Source of the DNA: Octopus sinensis
Taxonomy: Eukaryota
NCBI RefSeq assembly: GCF_006345805.1
Contig: NC_043003.1
Coordinates: forward strand, 51,956,001 to 52,020,000
Direction: 5' to 3'
Length of the DNA stretch: 64,000 nucleotides
Shown here: positions 62,814 through 64,000 of the stretch, piece by piece
Layout of the letters: the number at the start of each line of letters is the position of its first letter
How positions within the stretch are numbered: position 1 is the stretch's first letter
Made by a program: the position numbers and the translations under genes
The notes under the pieces: model-generated
The model's input: only the letters and a program-made list of their open reading frames with translations
Databases searched by the model: none
What the model was told of the DNA's origin: nothing

Positions 62814-63117
62814 CCAAGGCTGAACTAATCCGTAAATTGTTACAATGATTTAACCACCGCCCTCATCACGCCACCAGCACCACCAGCAAAATTACCAGCG
62901 CTGTTTTCACCACCATATATATTAAAACGAGTAAACATACACTTGTAAACGCATACACACATAAGAATAATTCTTAGAAAAGTAATAAACGTACCAACAA
63001 CCGGGAAGCTGCTAAGAGGTCATAAGAAACAGTAGCAAAATATCCTACAAATCAGAAACTAGCGTCTTAAAAAGAAGTCATATTTTAGCTTTAGGTATGT
63101 TATATACCATTTACCGT

Positions 63118-63329
63118 TGACTTATTTCAGTGATTAGACCGCAGTATTGCTGGGGCACAGCCTTGAAGAATTTTAGACGAACGAATCGACCCCAGAACAT
63201 ATTATTTTTTTGTAAATCCTGGTACTTATTCTATAGGCCTCTTTTGCTGAACTGCTAAGTTACGGGAAAGTATACACATGCGGGGCGGAAGACAAACACA
63301 GGTACAAAGACATACACACACACACACAC

Positions 63330-63408
<79 letters not shown>

Positions 63409-63585
63409 CACACATCACACAAGTCGGGCTTCTTTTCATTTCCGTCTCCCAAATCCACCCGTACGGCTTTGGTCAGCCCGAGGTTATAGTTGAATAGATT
63501 TACTCAAGGTGCCACGCAGTGGGACTGAACCTAGAACCATATGATTAGGAAGCAAACTCTTACCACTCAACCATGCCTGCCTGCG
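63118..63585 (-). mobile_element. SINE family B with a long internal (CA)n
   Basis: Tail, core and head motifs all present in reverse complement. Confidence 0.85.
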
Positions 63586-64000
63586 CATATATATGAAAAA
63601 ACAAAAAACAAAAAACAAACAAAATGGATGATTCACTGCTGGAATGCTACTCGTCATAAATTTTCCCCATTGAAACTGCATTAGAATACCATGACGATCT
63701 AGTTGGTTTGGCTGCCATCATTTCGAAAATTAAACCTTATCGAAAATTTTAAAATTTGGCACATCAACATACTTTTCCAAGCTGAATTGCTGGAGTTATT
63801 TCACTTTTTCTAGAAAAAAATGTTTTAAAAAAGTTATAGAAGTTTAAAGTTTGATCATTTTCACCAAGTCAGGAAACAAGATTTGGAAGGTGCCATTTTA
63901 TGTGTGATTGCACATTTTGTCGTTAGCATTCTGAAAATAGCACGTGTTGTCAATATTTGTAAACATCACGTGTTTTGTAGTTTGAAGCATTCAATGTGCA

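Noticed and set aside
2181-63493. Many 60-244 aa ORFs rich in YI, VC, HT, MYVC, poly-L, poly-T or poly-E
   Set aside because: They are translations of microsatellites and trinucleotide arrays, not genes.
1-64000. CRISPR array, operons or other prokaryotic systems
   Set aside because: No regularly spaced repeat-spacer array and no long ORFs; content is eukaryotic repetitive DNA.

Overview
AT-rich, repeat-saturated eukaryotic DNA. The SINE families and microsatellite load resemble an octopus (coleoid cephalopod) genome; this is an inference from recalled repeat motifs, not a database result. Nothing prokaryotic and no CRISPR array is present, and nearly all ORFs in the supplied track are microsatellite artefacts. 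Recognisable content: about 30 copies of three tRNA-like SINE families; decayed RTE, Tx1/L1, R4-like and Penelope (GIY-YIG) retroelements; a Ty3/Gypsy LTR-PBS-gag relic; mariner and maT-like DNA transposon relics; three Helitron derivatives; a tRNA-Pro-derived pseudogene; and a near-complete 7SL (SRP) RNA copy sandwiched between the head and tail of a SINE. The most striking unexplained pattern is five unrelated fold-back (inverted-repeat) elements next to (TA)n arrays, each with a complete or partial hammerhead ribozyme core at the inner junction, consistent with Penelope-like/retrozyme termini. No host gene can be named; only a few low-confidence candidate exons are reported. SINE and relic boundaries are approximate (about +/-10-20 bp).
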